DNA of 64,000 nt from Patescibacteria group bacterium (GTDB taxonomy: Bacteria > Patescibacteriota > Minisyncoccia > Minisyncoccales > JAHCRE01): contig JAHCRE010000021.1 in assembly GCA_020148145.1 (NCBI GenBank), positions 2,538 to 66,537 on the forward strand, given 5' to 3'. Numbering within the stretch: the stretch's first letter is position 1; each line of letters starts with the position of its first letter. This document shows, in pieces, positions 1 to 10,900 of this stretch. Both the position numbers and the translations under genes were made by a program. The notes beneath the pieces are model-generated. The model did not search any database and was not told the DNA's origin. It worked only from the letters and a program-made list of their open reading frames with translations.

Positions 1-28
1 AAAAGTTATATGATTGGAGATAGAAATC

Positions 29-188
29 ATCTAAACATCTAAACATCTGAACATGTTAACATATAAACATTCTATAAATACTAAACAGGAAACCACTCAA
101 GCACTCAGATATTAAAATGCTTATATGTTTAAATATTAATATGCTAACGGGTTAACATGCTTAAATGCTTAAATGTTAAAATAGCAAG
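29..188. repeat. About 20 in-phase degenerate octamer units (ATCTAAAC / ATGCTTAA type) running into the start codon of the first pilin-like gene
   Basis: Read directly. 29-68 = ATCTAAAC ATCTAAAC ATCTGAAC ATGTTAAC ATATAAAC. 109-188 = ATATTAAA ATGCTTAT ATGTTTAA ATATTAAT ATGCTAAC GGGTTAAC ATGCTTAA ATGCTTAA ATGTTAAA ATAGCAAG. Both blocks keep the same 8-nt phase (109-29=80); the middle (69-108) is more degenerate. Confidence 0.8.
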
Positions 189-729
189 GAAGGGTTTTAC
201 TCTAATTGAAATAATTGTGGCAGTGGCTATTTTTGCTTTAATTGTTGGGACAATTTCTGGGCTTTTCGTTTCGGCTATCCAAAGCCAAAGAAGGATTTTA
301 GCTACTCAAGAGATTCTAAATCAGGCAAGTTATGTAATGGAATATATGGGCAGAGCCTTAAGAATGGCAAAGAAAGAACTTAATACCCCCCCCATTAGTT
401 GTCTTTCTCGGTATGGCTTAAATTACGAAACCACAGCTAACGGGTTAAAATTTATCGACTACAATGATGTTTGTACGGAATTTTTTTTAGACGCCGGGCT
501 ATTAAAAAAAACAGCAGAGGGTGTTACCCTGCCCTTAACTTCAACTGATCTTCAGGTGAATTCTCTTAAATTTAACCTTTTAGGTGCGGATCAGCCTCCG
601 GCTGATAATCTTCAGCCAAGAGTAACAATTTTTTTAGAAATAGAGACTAAAAGATCCGTACCTGGGTTACCGCCAAAAATCCTAATTCAGACCTCAGTTT
701 CTCAAAGAAATCTCGATGTCCAATATTAA
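157..729 (+). CDS. Type IV pilin-like protein / pseudopilin
   Basis: 190-aa ORF. The N-terminus ...ARKG/FTLIEIIVAVAIFALIV is a prepilin cleavage-methylation motif followed by a hydrophobic helix. Confidence 0.75.
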   Translation: MLKCLNVKIARKGFTLIEIIVAVAIFALIVGTISGLFVSAIQSQRRILATQEILNQASYVMEYMGRALRMAKKELNTPPISCLSRYGLNYETTANGLKFIDYNDVCTEFFLDAGLLKKTAEGVTLPLTSTDLQVNSLKFNLLGADQPPADNLQPRVTIFLEIETKRSVPGLPPKILIQTSVSQRNLDVQY

Positions 730-1129
730 AATGAAATTTATAACTTCTCAAAAAGGCGTTTCTCTCTACCTTGCTTTAATGGTTATGATCATTTTGATAT
801 CTATTGGTTTGGGAATAAGTTTAATCATAGTCAGTCAAATAAAAATGATAAAAGGAATGGGATATTCGGTTGTTGCCCTTTATGCCGCTGATACTGGAAT
901 TGAGAGAGTTTTATATGAAGACAAATGGTGTCGTCAAGCTGGCTGCAGCAGTTTATCCTGGCCCTGCGTAGACTCTACAGACTGTGATGATGGGCGCTTA
1001 GGTGGTAGTATTTCTGGTAGTTTAGATACAGAAATAGATTATCAAGTTGATTTTAATGACGGAGCAACTACTATTATATCCAGAGGAGCATATAAGGCAA
1101 CCAAAAGAGCAATTGAAGCCACAAGATAA
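716..1129 (+). CDS. PilX-like minor pilin / pilus assembly protein (alternative start ATG 731)
   Basis: Hydrophobic N-terminus QKGVSLYLALMVMIILISIGLG. Follows a pseudopilin gene. Cys-rich C-terminal part (GCSSLSWPC..DC). Confidence 0.5.
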   Translation: MSNIKMKFITSQKGVSLYLALMVMIILISIGLGISLIIVSQIKMIKGMGYSVVALYAADTGIERVLYEDKWCRQAGCSSLSWPCVDSTDCDDGRLGGSISGSLDTEIDYQVDFNDGATTIISRGAYKATKRAIEATR

Positions 1130-1130
1130 T

Positions 1131-3194
1131 ATGGTAAAACAGCATGCTAGAAAAAGAATTGAAGGGCTCAAAAAATTAATTAATCACCATCGTTATCTTT
1201 ATCACGTCTTAGATAGACAAGAAATTTCTGAAGCAGCTCTTGATTCTCTAAAAAAAGAGCTTTTTGATTTAGAGCAAAAATTTCCTGAATTTGTTACTCC
1301 TGACTCCCCAACCCAGAGAGTGGCTGGAAAACCCTTGGAAAAATTTGAAAAAGTTAGGCATTCCCAGCCAATGTTATCTATCAATGATGCCTTTTCTCAA
1401 AAAGATACGGAAGACTGGATAGAGAGAGTTTCAAAGCTTTTGACCGAGGAAGAAGTTTCTCAAATTGATTTTTTCTGCGAACTAAAAATTGACGGCTTAG
1501 CGATTGAGTTAATCTATGAAGGTGAAATTTTAAAAATTGGATCAACTAGGGGGGATGGGATTGTTGGTGAGGATGTTACCCAGAACTTAAAGACTACTGA
1601 AGCTATCCCCTTGAGATTAAGAGAAAAAGAAGAGATGATAAGAGATCTAAAAAGGATGGGCTCAGAAAGGATCGCCAAAGAAATTTCAAGGAAAGAACTT
1701 AAAAAAATTGTTGTTCGGGGAGAAGTTTTTATTTCAAAAAAGGAATTTGAAAGATTAAACAAAGAACAAGTCAAACGAGGGCTGGTTCCCTATGCCAATC
1801 CTAGAAATGTGGCAGCAGGCTCGATTAGACAATTAGATCCCAAAATTACTACTCAGAGACATTTAGACTCTTATGCCTATGACTTGATTACTGATTTGGG
1901 CCAGAAAACCCACGAAGAAGGGCACAAAATTTTGAAAGTTCTTGGTTTTAAAATTAATCCTAACAATATCTATTGTAAATCCCTAAAAGAGGTTTCTAAA
2001 TTTCACAAATTATGGAAGAAAGAAAGAGAAAAACTGCCTTATGAGATCGATGGGATTGTAGTTAATATTAACCCAAATAAAATTTTCAAGAAGTTAGGAG
2101 TAGTTGGTAAGGCTCCTAGGGGAATTATTGCCTTCAAGTTTCCCTTAAAGCAATCCACAACCATCATTGAGGATATTAAAATTCAGATTGGCAGAACAGG
2201 AAGCCTGACTCCAGTTGCTATTTTAAAACCGGTTGAGGTTGGTGGGGTAACAATTTCTAGAGCGACCTTACATAACGAGGATGAAATTAAGAGATTGGGA
2301 ATAAAAATTGGTGATACGGCTATTGTTGGTCGAGCCGGCGACGTAATTCCAGATATTATTAGAGTCTTGCCAGAGCTAAGAACCGGAAAGGAAAGAAAGT
2401 TTACGATGCCAAAGAAATGTCCAGTTTGCGGATTTGAGATCATTAAACCAGAAGGGGAAGTTGTCTCAAGGTGCGAGAATCCAAAATGTTTTGCCAAACA
2501 GAGGAGATATTTTTATCATTTCATTTCAAGGGGGGCTCTTGATATTGTTGGGCTTGGCCAAAAAATTATCGATAGGTTGATTGAAGAAGGCTTAGTTCAG
2601 GATCCAGCTGACCTCTTTATGTTAAAAGAAGGTGATTTAATTCCCTTAGAAAGATTCGCTAAAAAATCAGTAAAGAATTTAATAAAGGCAATTCAAGGCA
2701 AGAAAAAAATAACCCTACCAAGGTTTATTTATGCCTTGGGGATTAGAAATGTTGGAGAAGAAACTGCCCAGGATTTAGCAGAATATTTTGAAAGCTTCGA
2801 AAGGTTTAAAGGGGCCAACTCCGAGGAGTTAGAAAAAATTAGGGATATCGGTCCGATAGTGGCTGAATCAATTTATGATTGGTTTTCTAAAAAAAGAAAT
2901 TTGGAATTTTTGGAAAAATTAAAAAAAGTAGGAGTAGAAGTTATTATTGAAAAGAAAGTTAAATATCAGCCATTGAAGGGAAAAACTTTTGTTTTAACTG
3001 GTGGATTGGAAATGATAACCAGGGATGAGGCGAAAGAAAAAATTAGACTTTTAGGCGGAGAGATTTCTGAATCAGTTTCAAAAAGAACCGATTTTGTTAT
3101 CGCTGGAAAAAAACCTGGCTTAAAATACCAAAGAGCAAAGGAACTTGGTATTAAAGTAATCGGGGAAAAAGGATTCCTAAAATTACTAAAATAA
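1131..3194 (+). CDS. ligA: NAD-dependent DNA ligase LigA
   Basis: Adenylation motif ELKIDGLA, Zn-finger CPVCG...C..PKC, HhH and C-terminal BRCT-like region. The ORF track starts at 1047, but MVKQHARKRIEGL at 1131 follows the stop of the upstream gene. Confidence 0.95.
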   Translation: MVKQHARKRIEGLKKLINHHRYLYHVLDRQEISEAALDSLKKELFDLEQKFPEFVTPDSPTQRVAGKPLEKFEKVRHSQPMLSINDAFSQKDTEDWIERVSKLLTEEEVSQIDFFCELKIDGLAIELIYEGEILKIGSTRGDGIVGEDVTQNLKTTEAIPLRLREKEEMIRDLKRMGSERIAKEISRKELKKIVVRGEVFISKKEFERLNKEQVKRGLVPYANPRNVAAGSIRQLDPKITTQRHLDSYAYDLITDLGQKTHEEGHKILKVLGFKINPNNIYCKSLKEVSKFHKLWKKEREKLPYEIDGIVVNINPNKIFKKLGVVGKAPRGIIAFKFPLKQSTTIIEDIKIQIGRTGSLTPVAILKPVEVGGVTISRATLHNEDEIKRLGIKIGDTAIVGRAGDVIPDIIRVLPELRTGKERKFTMPKKCPVCGFEIIKPEGEVVSRCENPKCFAKQRRYFYHFISRGALDIVGLGQKIIDRLIEEGLVQDPADLFMLKEGDLIPLERFAKKSVKNLIKAIQGKKKITLPRFIYALGIRNVGEETAQDLAEYFESFERFKGANSEELEKIRDIGPIVAESIYDWFSKKRNLEFLEKLKKVGVEVIIEKKVKYQPLKGKTFVLTGGLEMITRDEAKEKIRLLGGEISESVSKRTDFVIAGKKPGLKYQRAKELGIKVIGEKGFLKLLK

Positions 3195-3245
3195 AATTGT
3201 GTGAGGCTAAGCCTCGAAAGCCTCGAACAATAGTCTCAAAAATTA

Positions 3246-4337
3246 ATGAAATCTTTTTTAGTCCATTTTAAGAAACTTGATTTAATTGTTATTGTCTCCA
3301 CTCTTTTACTTGTTGGAATTGGTCTTTTATCAATATATAGTTCTTCTCTTTCAAGGGGAGATTTTTTCAATTTTAAAAAACAAATTATTTTTTTGGTAAT
3401 AGGGATTTTTCTGATGATAGCTTTAAGTTTTTTTGATTGGCGAATTTTTCAAGATGACCCTTATTTAATTTTAATTTTGTACCTTATTTGCCTAGTTGCT
3501 TTAGCCGGTTTATTTTTTTTCGCTCCCGAAATCAGGGGAGTGAGGTCCTGGTATAAATTAGATGTAGTTTCAATTGATCCAATTGAATTTACTAAAATTA
3601 TCTTGATAATTTTATTGGCTAAATATTTCTCAATGCGTCACGTTGAGATGTATCGCAAAAGGCATATTTTAGTTTCTGGTCTTTATGTTTTAATTCCGAG
3701 TCTTTTAATTTTTTTTCAACCCGATTTAGGCTCAATTCTGATTTTAGTTATTTTATGGGTAGTAACCTTGATTATTTCAGAAATAAAAATTAGCCATTTT
3801 CTGACTCTTTGTCTTTTTTTTCTTTTGATTTTAATTTTAAGTTGGTCATTTTTTCTAGAGGATTATCAAAGACAAAGGATTTTGAGCTTTATTTCCCCTC
3901 AGATTGAACCCTTAGGTATGGGTTGGAGCCAGGCTCAGGCAAAAATTGCTATAGGGTCAGGGGGAGTTTTTGGCCAGGGAATTGGCAAAGGCTCTCAAAC
4001 TCAATACGGTTTCCTTCCTGAGCCCCACACAGATTTCATTTTCTCTGCTATTGCTGAAGAAATGGGCCTGATAGGTATTTTTATTTTATTTTTCTTATTT
4101 TCGATATTGATTTTTAGAATAATAAAAATTGCCCAGTTTTCCAGTAGTAATTTTCCCCGACTTTTTGCCTCGGGCTTCGCTATTTTATTGATTTCCCAAA
4201 TTTTTATTCACATCGGAATGAATCTGGGGATTTTGCCAATAATTGGCATTCCTTTACCCCTGATAAGTTATGGAGGAAGTAGTTTAATCATTACCTTCGT
4301 TGGTTTGGGTATTTTACAAAGTATTAAAATTCATTAA
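3246..4337 (+). CDS. SEDS family peptidoglycan polymerase (FtsW/RodA/SpoVE)
   Basis: Polytopic membrane protein with the typical C-terminal LPLISYGGSSL motif and an LPEPHTDFIFS block. Confidence 0.88.
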   Translation: MKSFLVHFKKLDLIVIVSTLLLVGIGLLSIYSSSLSRGDFFNFKKQIIFLVIGIFLMIALSFFDWRIFQDDPYLILILYLICLVALAGLFFFAPEIRGVRSWYKLDVVSIDPIEFTKIILIILLAKYFSMRHVEMYRKRHILVSGLYVLIPSLLIFFQPDLGSILILVILWVVTLIISEIKISHFLTLCLFFLLILILSWSFFLEDYQRQRILSFISPQIEPLGMGWSQAQAKIAIGSGGVFGQGIGKGSQTQYGFLPEPHTDFIFSAIAEEMGLIGIFILFFLFSILIFRIIKIAQFSSSNFPRLFASGFAILLISQIFIHIGMNLGILPIIGIPLPLISYGGSSLIITFVGLGILQSIKIH

Positions 4338-4527
4338 GAAAACTATTGTCGTAAATTGAGTTTGGGATATAACAATTTAGTATCTCTTGACCCAAGAATC
4401 TTAAATCATTATGATTTTAATTAGTTCTTGGAGATTTTAGAGATTTGCAAAAATCTGGGAATTTAGGTTACCCAACCACCCGTTGAAGGAAAACCACCAG
4501 AAAAATTAGAAAAAGAGTAAAAAGGAC

Positions 4528-4555
4528 TTGACAAAATTTTAAAGAAGGATAAAAT
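4528..4555 (+). promoter_or_regulatory. Candidate sigma-70 promoter upstream of rpoB
   Basis: TTGACA (4528-4533), 16-nt spacer, TAAAAT (4550-4555). About 110 nt upstream of the rpoB ATG. Confidence 0.45.
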
Positions 4556-4664
4556 TAATATCACCCTTTATTATTTTTATAATTTCATCACCCCTTCTAA
4601 TTTAAATATTTCCTGCCTTGATTTACCCTAAAATGAAGATTTAGGGTAATTTTCTGTTTTTTTT

Positions 4665-7600
4665 ATGAAAAAAATAAGATTTAAGAATTTTTCAAAATCC
4701 AAGGTTTTTTTATCTTTACCTTATTTGCTGACCCTGCAAAAAGAAAGTTGGAGGAGATTTTGGGAGAGAGATTTAAAAGAACTTTTTCAAGAGGTATCGC
4801 CAATCCGAGATTATACTGGCGAAGAATTAGAGCTCTGGTTTCTGGGTTATAAATTAGATGAGCCAAAATACAAAACTGATTTAGAGGCAAAACAAAATAA
4901 CGATTCTTATCAAGCCCCCTTACGGGTTAGAATAAAATTAGTTAACCTTAAAACAAAAGAAATCAAAGAACAGGAGGTTTTTTTAACTGATTTCCCCTTG
5001 ATGACTGAAAGGGGAACTTTTATTGTTAATGGGGTGGAGAGAGTGGCAATTTCTCAACTTATTCGTTCACCCGGGGCTTTTTTTACCACCAAAACCACAA
5101 GAGGTAAAAATTATTTTGGAGCAAAAATTATTCCTAACCGAGGGGCTTGGCTTGAATTTGAGACTGAACCCTCTGGCTTCATTGGAGTAAAAATTGACCG
5201 GAAGAGGAAAGTTCCAGCTACCATTTTATTGAAGGCTTTTGGGCTTGATAAAGAAGAAAAGATAAAAGAACTTTTCCAAAAAGTAGATAAAGGAAAAATA
5301 AAGTACATCAAAGAAACTTTATCTCGAGATCCTACTCATAATCAAGCCGAGGCAGTGGTTGAAATTTATCAGAGATTACGACCAGGGGATTTAACTACTC
5401 CTGATACTGCCCGAGAATTGCTTGAAAATATGTTTTTTAATTTCTCCAGATACGATTTATCAAAAGTGGGAAGATGGCGGATGTGGCAGAGGCTTCCTGA
5501 ATTAAAGCCAAAAGTTAATAAAAAAGCTCGGGCTAAAAGTCCAACAGAGGAAATTACTGTATCAGATAGGGTGCTATATCCAGAGGATATTGTGGCTGTT
5601 TTAAGAGAGATTATTCGCCTTAATAATGATCCCGAAGGAAAACCCGATCAAATTGATCATTTAGGCAATCGGAGGGTAAGAACCCTATCTGAACTTTTGC
5701 AAAATAGACTAAGAATAGGGTTAATGAGAATGGAAAGAATCATCAAAGATAGAATGTCAACTTTAGATATTTATACCTTGACCCCTATTCAATTGATTAA
5801 TCCTCGACCCTTTATGGCAGTGGTTAAAGGATTTTTTACTTCTTCTCAAATAGCTCAATTTATGGATAATGAAAATCCTCTAGCCGAGTTAGAACATAAA
5901 AGAAGACTATCGGCTACCGGGCCAGGAGGTCTTACCAGGGAAAGGGCGGGATTTGAGGTAAGAGATGTTCAGCCTTCTCACTATGGAAGAATCTGTCCTA
6001 TTCAGACTCCAGAAGGACCAAATATTGGATTGGTTGGCCATCTAGCTAGCTTCGCTCGAATTAATCCATATGGGTTTATTGAAACTCCCTATTTCAAAGT
6101 GAAAAATAGTAAAGTGACTAAGGAAATTCACTATCTTAATGCCCATGAAGAAGAAAGATACAACATTGCCCATGCTGGGGTGCCTATTGATGAAAAAGGA
6201 AATATTATTCCCAAAAAAGTGGAGGCAAGAATAAAAAGCGAGCCAGGACTAATTGACAGAAAGAAAATTGATTTTTTTGATGTTTCCTCTGAACAATCTA
6301 TTTCCATTGCTTCCGCTTGTATTCCCTTTTTGCAAAATAATGATGCCAATAGAGCCTTGATGGGTTCAAACATGCAGCGTCAGGCAGTCCCCCTTATTAA
6401 ACCGGAGGCTCCCTTAGTCATAACTGGAGTGGAAGAGAGAGTAGCTAAGGATTCTGGGCAGGAGATAATTGCTAAAGAAGATGGAATTGTTACTGAGGTT
6501 GATGCTAGACACATTAAAGTGAAATCTCAAATCTCAAAAAAAGAAAAAATTTATAACTTAAGAACTTTTATTAGAACCAATCAATATACTTGCTCTCATC
6601 AGAAACCTTTAGTTAAAAAGGGTCAAATAATAAAAAAGGGAAATATTTTGGCTGATGGAGGAGGAATATCCCAAGGCTATTTGGCCTTGGGCCAAAATAT
6701 TTTGGTTGCCTTTTTACCCTGGAGGGGAGGGAACTTTGAAGACGCAATTTTGATTTCAGAAAGATTAGTTAGAGATGATAAATATACTTCAGTTCATATT
6801 GAAAACTTTAGTTGTGATGTTAGGGAGACAAAATTAGGACCAGAAATTACTACCTCTGATATTCCAAATGTCTCGGAAGAAAGATTAAAAGATTTAGATG
6901 AAGAAGGAATTATCAGAATTGGGGCAGAAGTCGGACCAAATGATATTTTAGTTGGGAAAATTTCGCCAAAAGGGGAAGCCGATTTAACTGCCGAGGAAAG
7001 ACTGCTACGTGCAATTTTTGGAGAAAAGGCCAGAGACGTAAAAGACACTTCTTTACGAATAGAACATGGGAAACGGGGACGAGTGATTGGGGTGAAGGTT
7101 TTTTCTCGGGAACTCGGTCATAAACTTGAACCCCGAGTTATAAAAAAGATTGAGGTTAAAATAGCCGAGATTCGGAAAATTCAGTCAGGCGATAAATTGG
7201 CCGGCCGCCATGGAAATAAGGGAGTGATTTCTAAAGTTTTACCAGTAGAAGATATGCCATTTTTGGAGGATGGAACTCCGGTAGATATTATTTTAAATCC
7301 TTTAGGCGTAGTCTCAAGAATGAATATTGGTCAGGTTTTAGAAACTCATCTTTCTTTGGCAGCAAAGAAATTGGAATATATAGCTATTTCGCCAGCTTTA
7401 GCTGGAGCAACTGAAAGAGATATAAAAGAAGAGTTGAAAAAAGCTGGTTTATCAGAGGATGGAAAGGTTAAATTATACGATGGAAGAACCGGGCTTCCCT
7501 TTCCAGAAAGGATTACTGTAGGTTATATCTACATGATGAAATTGATTCATATGGTTGAGGATAAAATTCATATGCGATCCATTGGTCCTTATTCTTTGAT

Positions 7601-7886
7601 TACTCAACAGCCCCTGGGAGGGAAAGCTCAGTTTGGAGGTCAAAGATTTGGGGAGATGGAAGTCTGGGCCTTAGAGGGATATGGAGCAGCCCACACTTTG
7701 CAGGAGATGTTAACGATAAAATCTGATGATGTTCCGGGAAGAGCGGCAGCTTATGAGGCAATATTAAAAGGAGAGGCAATTAAAAATCCTAATCTGCCAG
7801 CCTCTTTTAACTTATTGATTAATGAATTAAAGGCCTTGGGGTTAAATGCTGAAGTTAAAGAAAAGCCAAAAGAAGAAAAAACCTAA
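4665..7886 (+). CDS. rpoB: DNA-directed RNA polymerase subunit beta
   Basis: 1073 aa with conserved blocks (RSPGAFF, GRHGNKGV, NPLGVVSRMN, GGQRFGEMEVWALE). Confidence 0.97.
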   Translation: MKKIRFKNFSKSKVFLSLPYLLTLQKESWRRFWERDLKELFQEVSPIRDYTGEELELWFLGYKLDEPKYKTDLEAKQNNDSYQAPLRVRIKLVNLKTKEIKEQEVFLTDFPLMTERGTFIVNGVERVAISQLIRSPGAFFTTKTTRGKNYFGAKIIPNRGAWLEFETEPSGFIGVKIDRKRKVPATILLKAFGLDKEEKIKELFQKVDKGKIKYIKETLSRDPTHNQAEAVVEIYQRLRPGDLTTPDTARELLENMFFNFSRYDLSKVGRWRMWQRLPELKPKVNKKARAKSPTEEITVSDRVLYPEDIVAVLREIIRLNNDPEGKPDQIDHLGNRRVRTLSELLQNRLRIGLMRMERIIKDRMSTLDIYTLTPIQLINPRPFMAVVKGFFTSSQIAQFMDNENPLAELEHKRRLSATGPGGLTRERAGFEVRDVQPSHYGRICPIQTPEGPNIGLVGHLASFARINPYGFIETPYFKVKNSKVTKEIHYLNAHEEERYNIAHAGVPIDEKGNIIPKKVEARIKSEPGLIDRKKIDFFDVSSEQSISIASACIPFLQNNDANRALMGSNMQRQAVPLIKPEAPLVITGVEERVAKDSGQEIIAKEDGIVTEVDARHIKVKSQISKKEKIYNLRTFIRTNQYTCSHQKPLVKKGQIIKKGNILADGGGISQGYLALGQNILVAFLPWRGGNFEDAILISERLVRDDKYTSVHIENFSCDVRETKLGPEITTSDIPNVSEERLKDLDEEGIIRIGAEVGPNDILVGKISPKGEADLTAEERLLRAIFGEKARDVKDTSLRIEHGKRGRVIGVKVFSRELGHKLEPRVIKKIEVKIAEIRKIQSGDKLAGRHGNKGVISKVLPVEDMPFLEDGTPVDIILNPLGVVSRMNIGQVLETHLSLAAKKLEYIAISPALAGATERDIKEELKKAGLSEDGKVKLYDGRTGLPFPERITVGYIYMMKLIHMVEDKIHMRSIGPYSLITQQPLGGKAQFGGQRFGEMEVWALEGYGAAHTLQEMLTIKSDDVPGRAAAYEAILKGEAIKNPNLPASFNLLINELKALGLNAEVKEKPKEEKT

Positions 7887-7906
7887 GGTCAATTTAATAA
7901 ATAAAT

Positions 7907-10900
7907 ATGCGTGTAGCAGATTTAGAATCAATTAAAATAAGATTAGCCTCGCCGGAGGAGATTTTGTCATGGTCCCATGGTGAAGTGATAAAACCAGAGA
8001 CCATTAATTACCGGACCCAAAGACCAGAAAAAGATGGTCTTTTTTGCGAAAGAACCTTTGGACCAGTAAAAGATTACCAGTGCTATTGTGGAAGATATAG
8101 AAGGATTCGCTATAAAGGAATAATTTGTGATAGATGTGGGGTGGAAGTGACAAAGTCAATTGTCAGGAGAGAAAGGATGGGTCATATAAAACTAGCCACA
8201 CCCTGCTCCCATATTTGGTTCTTAAGAGGAGTGCCCTCGCGGATAGGAATGGTTTTGAATATCTCCGCTCCCCAATTAGAAAGAGTAATTTATTTTGCTG
8301 CTTATATCATAACTAAGGTGGATGAAAAGGCAAAGAAAAAAACCCTAGGAGAAATTGAGAAAGAATATAAAAGAAAAATTAAAAAAATTAAAAATAAAAA
8401 GAAAGAAATTCAAAAATTGAAAGAAGCCAGAGATAGAGCAAGAGAGGAAGTCTTAGGAATTAAACCCTTAAAGATCTTATTAGAGATAGAATATCGTAAC
8501 CTTTCTTTAAAATACGGAGAGATTTTTGAGGCAGGAACTGGGGCAGAGAGCTTAAGGAGGATTTTTGAGAAAGTTGATTTAAAAAAGAATATTTTGAGCC
8601 TGAAAAAAGAATTGGAAAAGGCCTCAGGAATAACTAAAAGAAAAATTTTTAGGAGGTTAAAACTTCTCCAGGGAATGATTAGGGGTGGGATTCGCCCAGA
8701 ATGGATGTTCCTAACTATTCTACCAGTTTTACCTCCAGATTTGAGACCAATGGTTCAACTAGATGGCGGCCGTTATGCCTCTTCAGATTTAAATGATCTT
8801 TATAGAAGAGCGATTAATCGAAATAACCGACTTAAATATCTTTTAGAGATTAATGCTCCAGAAGTTATTGTTAGAAATGAAAAAAGAATGTTACAGGAAG
8901 CAGTTGACGCTCTAATTGATAATGGAATGCGGAAAGGGACAATGATTCGAGCCACCACCGGGGGGAGGAGACTTTTAAAATCTCTGGCTGATATGCTTGA
9001 GGGAAAACAGGGGAGATTCAGGCAGAATCTTTTGGGGAAAAGGGTTGATTATTCTGGAAGATCAGTGATTGTTGTTGGTCCAGAGCTAAAACTTAATCAA
9101 TGTGGACTTCCAAAAAAGATGGCTTTGGAGCTCTTTAAACCTTTTGTTATTAGGAAAATCTTAGATAAAGAATTAGCCTATAATGTCCGGGGAGCCTCAA
9201 GATTAATTGAAGGGGAGACAGATGAGGTCTGGGCTATTTTGGAGGAAGTAGTAAAAGATAAATTAGTTTTACTCAATCGAGCCCCAACTTTACACCGGTT
9301 AGGAATTCAGGCCTTTTATCCAGTTTTAATTGAAGGAGAAGTAATTAGAATTCATCCAATGGTTTGTGGAGCATTTAATGCCGATTTCGATGGTGATCAA
9401 ATGGCAATCCATCTTCCTCTTTCAGCCGAGGCCCAAAAAGAAGCCAGTGAAATAATGTTGGCAACCTTAAATCTTTTAAAACCAGCCACTGGTACCCCAG
9501 TTGTTACTATTTATCAAGATATTGTTTTGGGTTGTTATTGGCTAACCAAGATAAAACCGGGAGTAAAAGGAGAAGGAAAGATTTTTGCTAGTCCTGAGGA
9601 GGCGAAAATAGCCGTTAAATTTTCTCAGGTTGATCTTAAAGCAAAGATAAAGGTTAAGATTAAAGATCAAGTCTTAGAAACCTCAGTAGGAAGAATCTTA
9701 TTTAACCGGACTCTTCCTGAAGATTATCCCTTTCAAAATATTAGAATAAATATAAAGGAGTTAGAAAGAATAGTGGGGGAGATTTTAGCTAAATATCCAA
9801 TAGAAATCTATCAAGAAATTTTAGATAAGATTAAAAATTTGGGATTTGAATACTCTACTATTTCTGGTATTTCCTGGGGGATGGATGATTTAATTGTCCC
9901 TCCAGAAAAGAAAGAGATTTTAGAACGAGCAGAAAGAGAAATAGGACAAATTGAAACTCACTTTAAAAAGGGACTTTTATCTCCAGAAGAGAAAAGTAGT
10001 AAGATTATTGAGGTTTGGACCAAGGTTAAGTCAAAAATTGAAAGGCTAGTTCCCGAAACTCTACCTCAACACGGTTCTGTTTTCCAAATGATTGATGCTG
10101 GAGCCAGGGGATCCTGGAGTCAACCTGTTCAGATGACCGGAATGAAGGGCTTAGTGATTAATCCAGCCGGGCAGATTATTGAGTTGCCAGTAAAGAGTTC
10201 TTTCAAAGAAGGACTAGATGTCTTGGAATATTTCATTTCTACTCATGGGGCCAGAAAAGGGACAGCAGATACCGCGCTTCGTACCTCCACTGCCGGTTAT
10301 TTAACTAGGAGACTTATTGATGTTTCTCATGAAGTAATAATTTCAGAAGAGAACTGCCGGGATAAAAAAGGAACCGAAATATTAAGAGAAGATGCTGAGG
10401 AAATTGGTCAGGATTTTCTTTTGAAGATTGTTGGCAGAATAGCATTAGAAGATATCAAAAAGAAAAAATCAAAAAAGAAGATTGTTAAAAAAGGAGAAAT
10501 TATTGATTGGCAGAAGGCAAAAGCAATAATTGAAGCTAAAATTGAAAAGATTCGAATTCGCTCACCTCTAAGTTGTAAATCTATTAGAGGAATTTGCCAG
10601 AAATGTTATGGTTGGGATTTAGGGAAAAACCAACTTATAAAATTAGGGGAGGCAGTAGGAATTGTGGCTGCTCAAGCAATAGGAGAACCGGGTACCCAGC
10701 TTACGATGAGAACTTTCCATTTAGGAGGAGTAGCCGGAGGGGGCGATATTACCTTTGGCCTTCCTAGGGTTGAGGAAATTTTTGAAGCCAGAATACCAAA
10801 AGGAAAGGCAGAAATTTCTCATGTTGAGGGAAAGATAATTGAAATTACCCCAGCAGGAATAATTAAAATTAAACCTAAAACCAAAAATCCAAAACTTAAA

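Noticed and set aside
1047-1130. N-terminal 28-codon extension of ligA in the ORF track (overlapping the upstream pilX-like gene)
   Set aside because: The LigA homology starts at MVKQHARKRIEGL (ATG 1131), right after the upstream stop. The extension is an out-of-frame overlap with a real gene.
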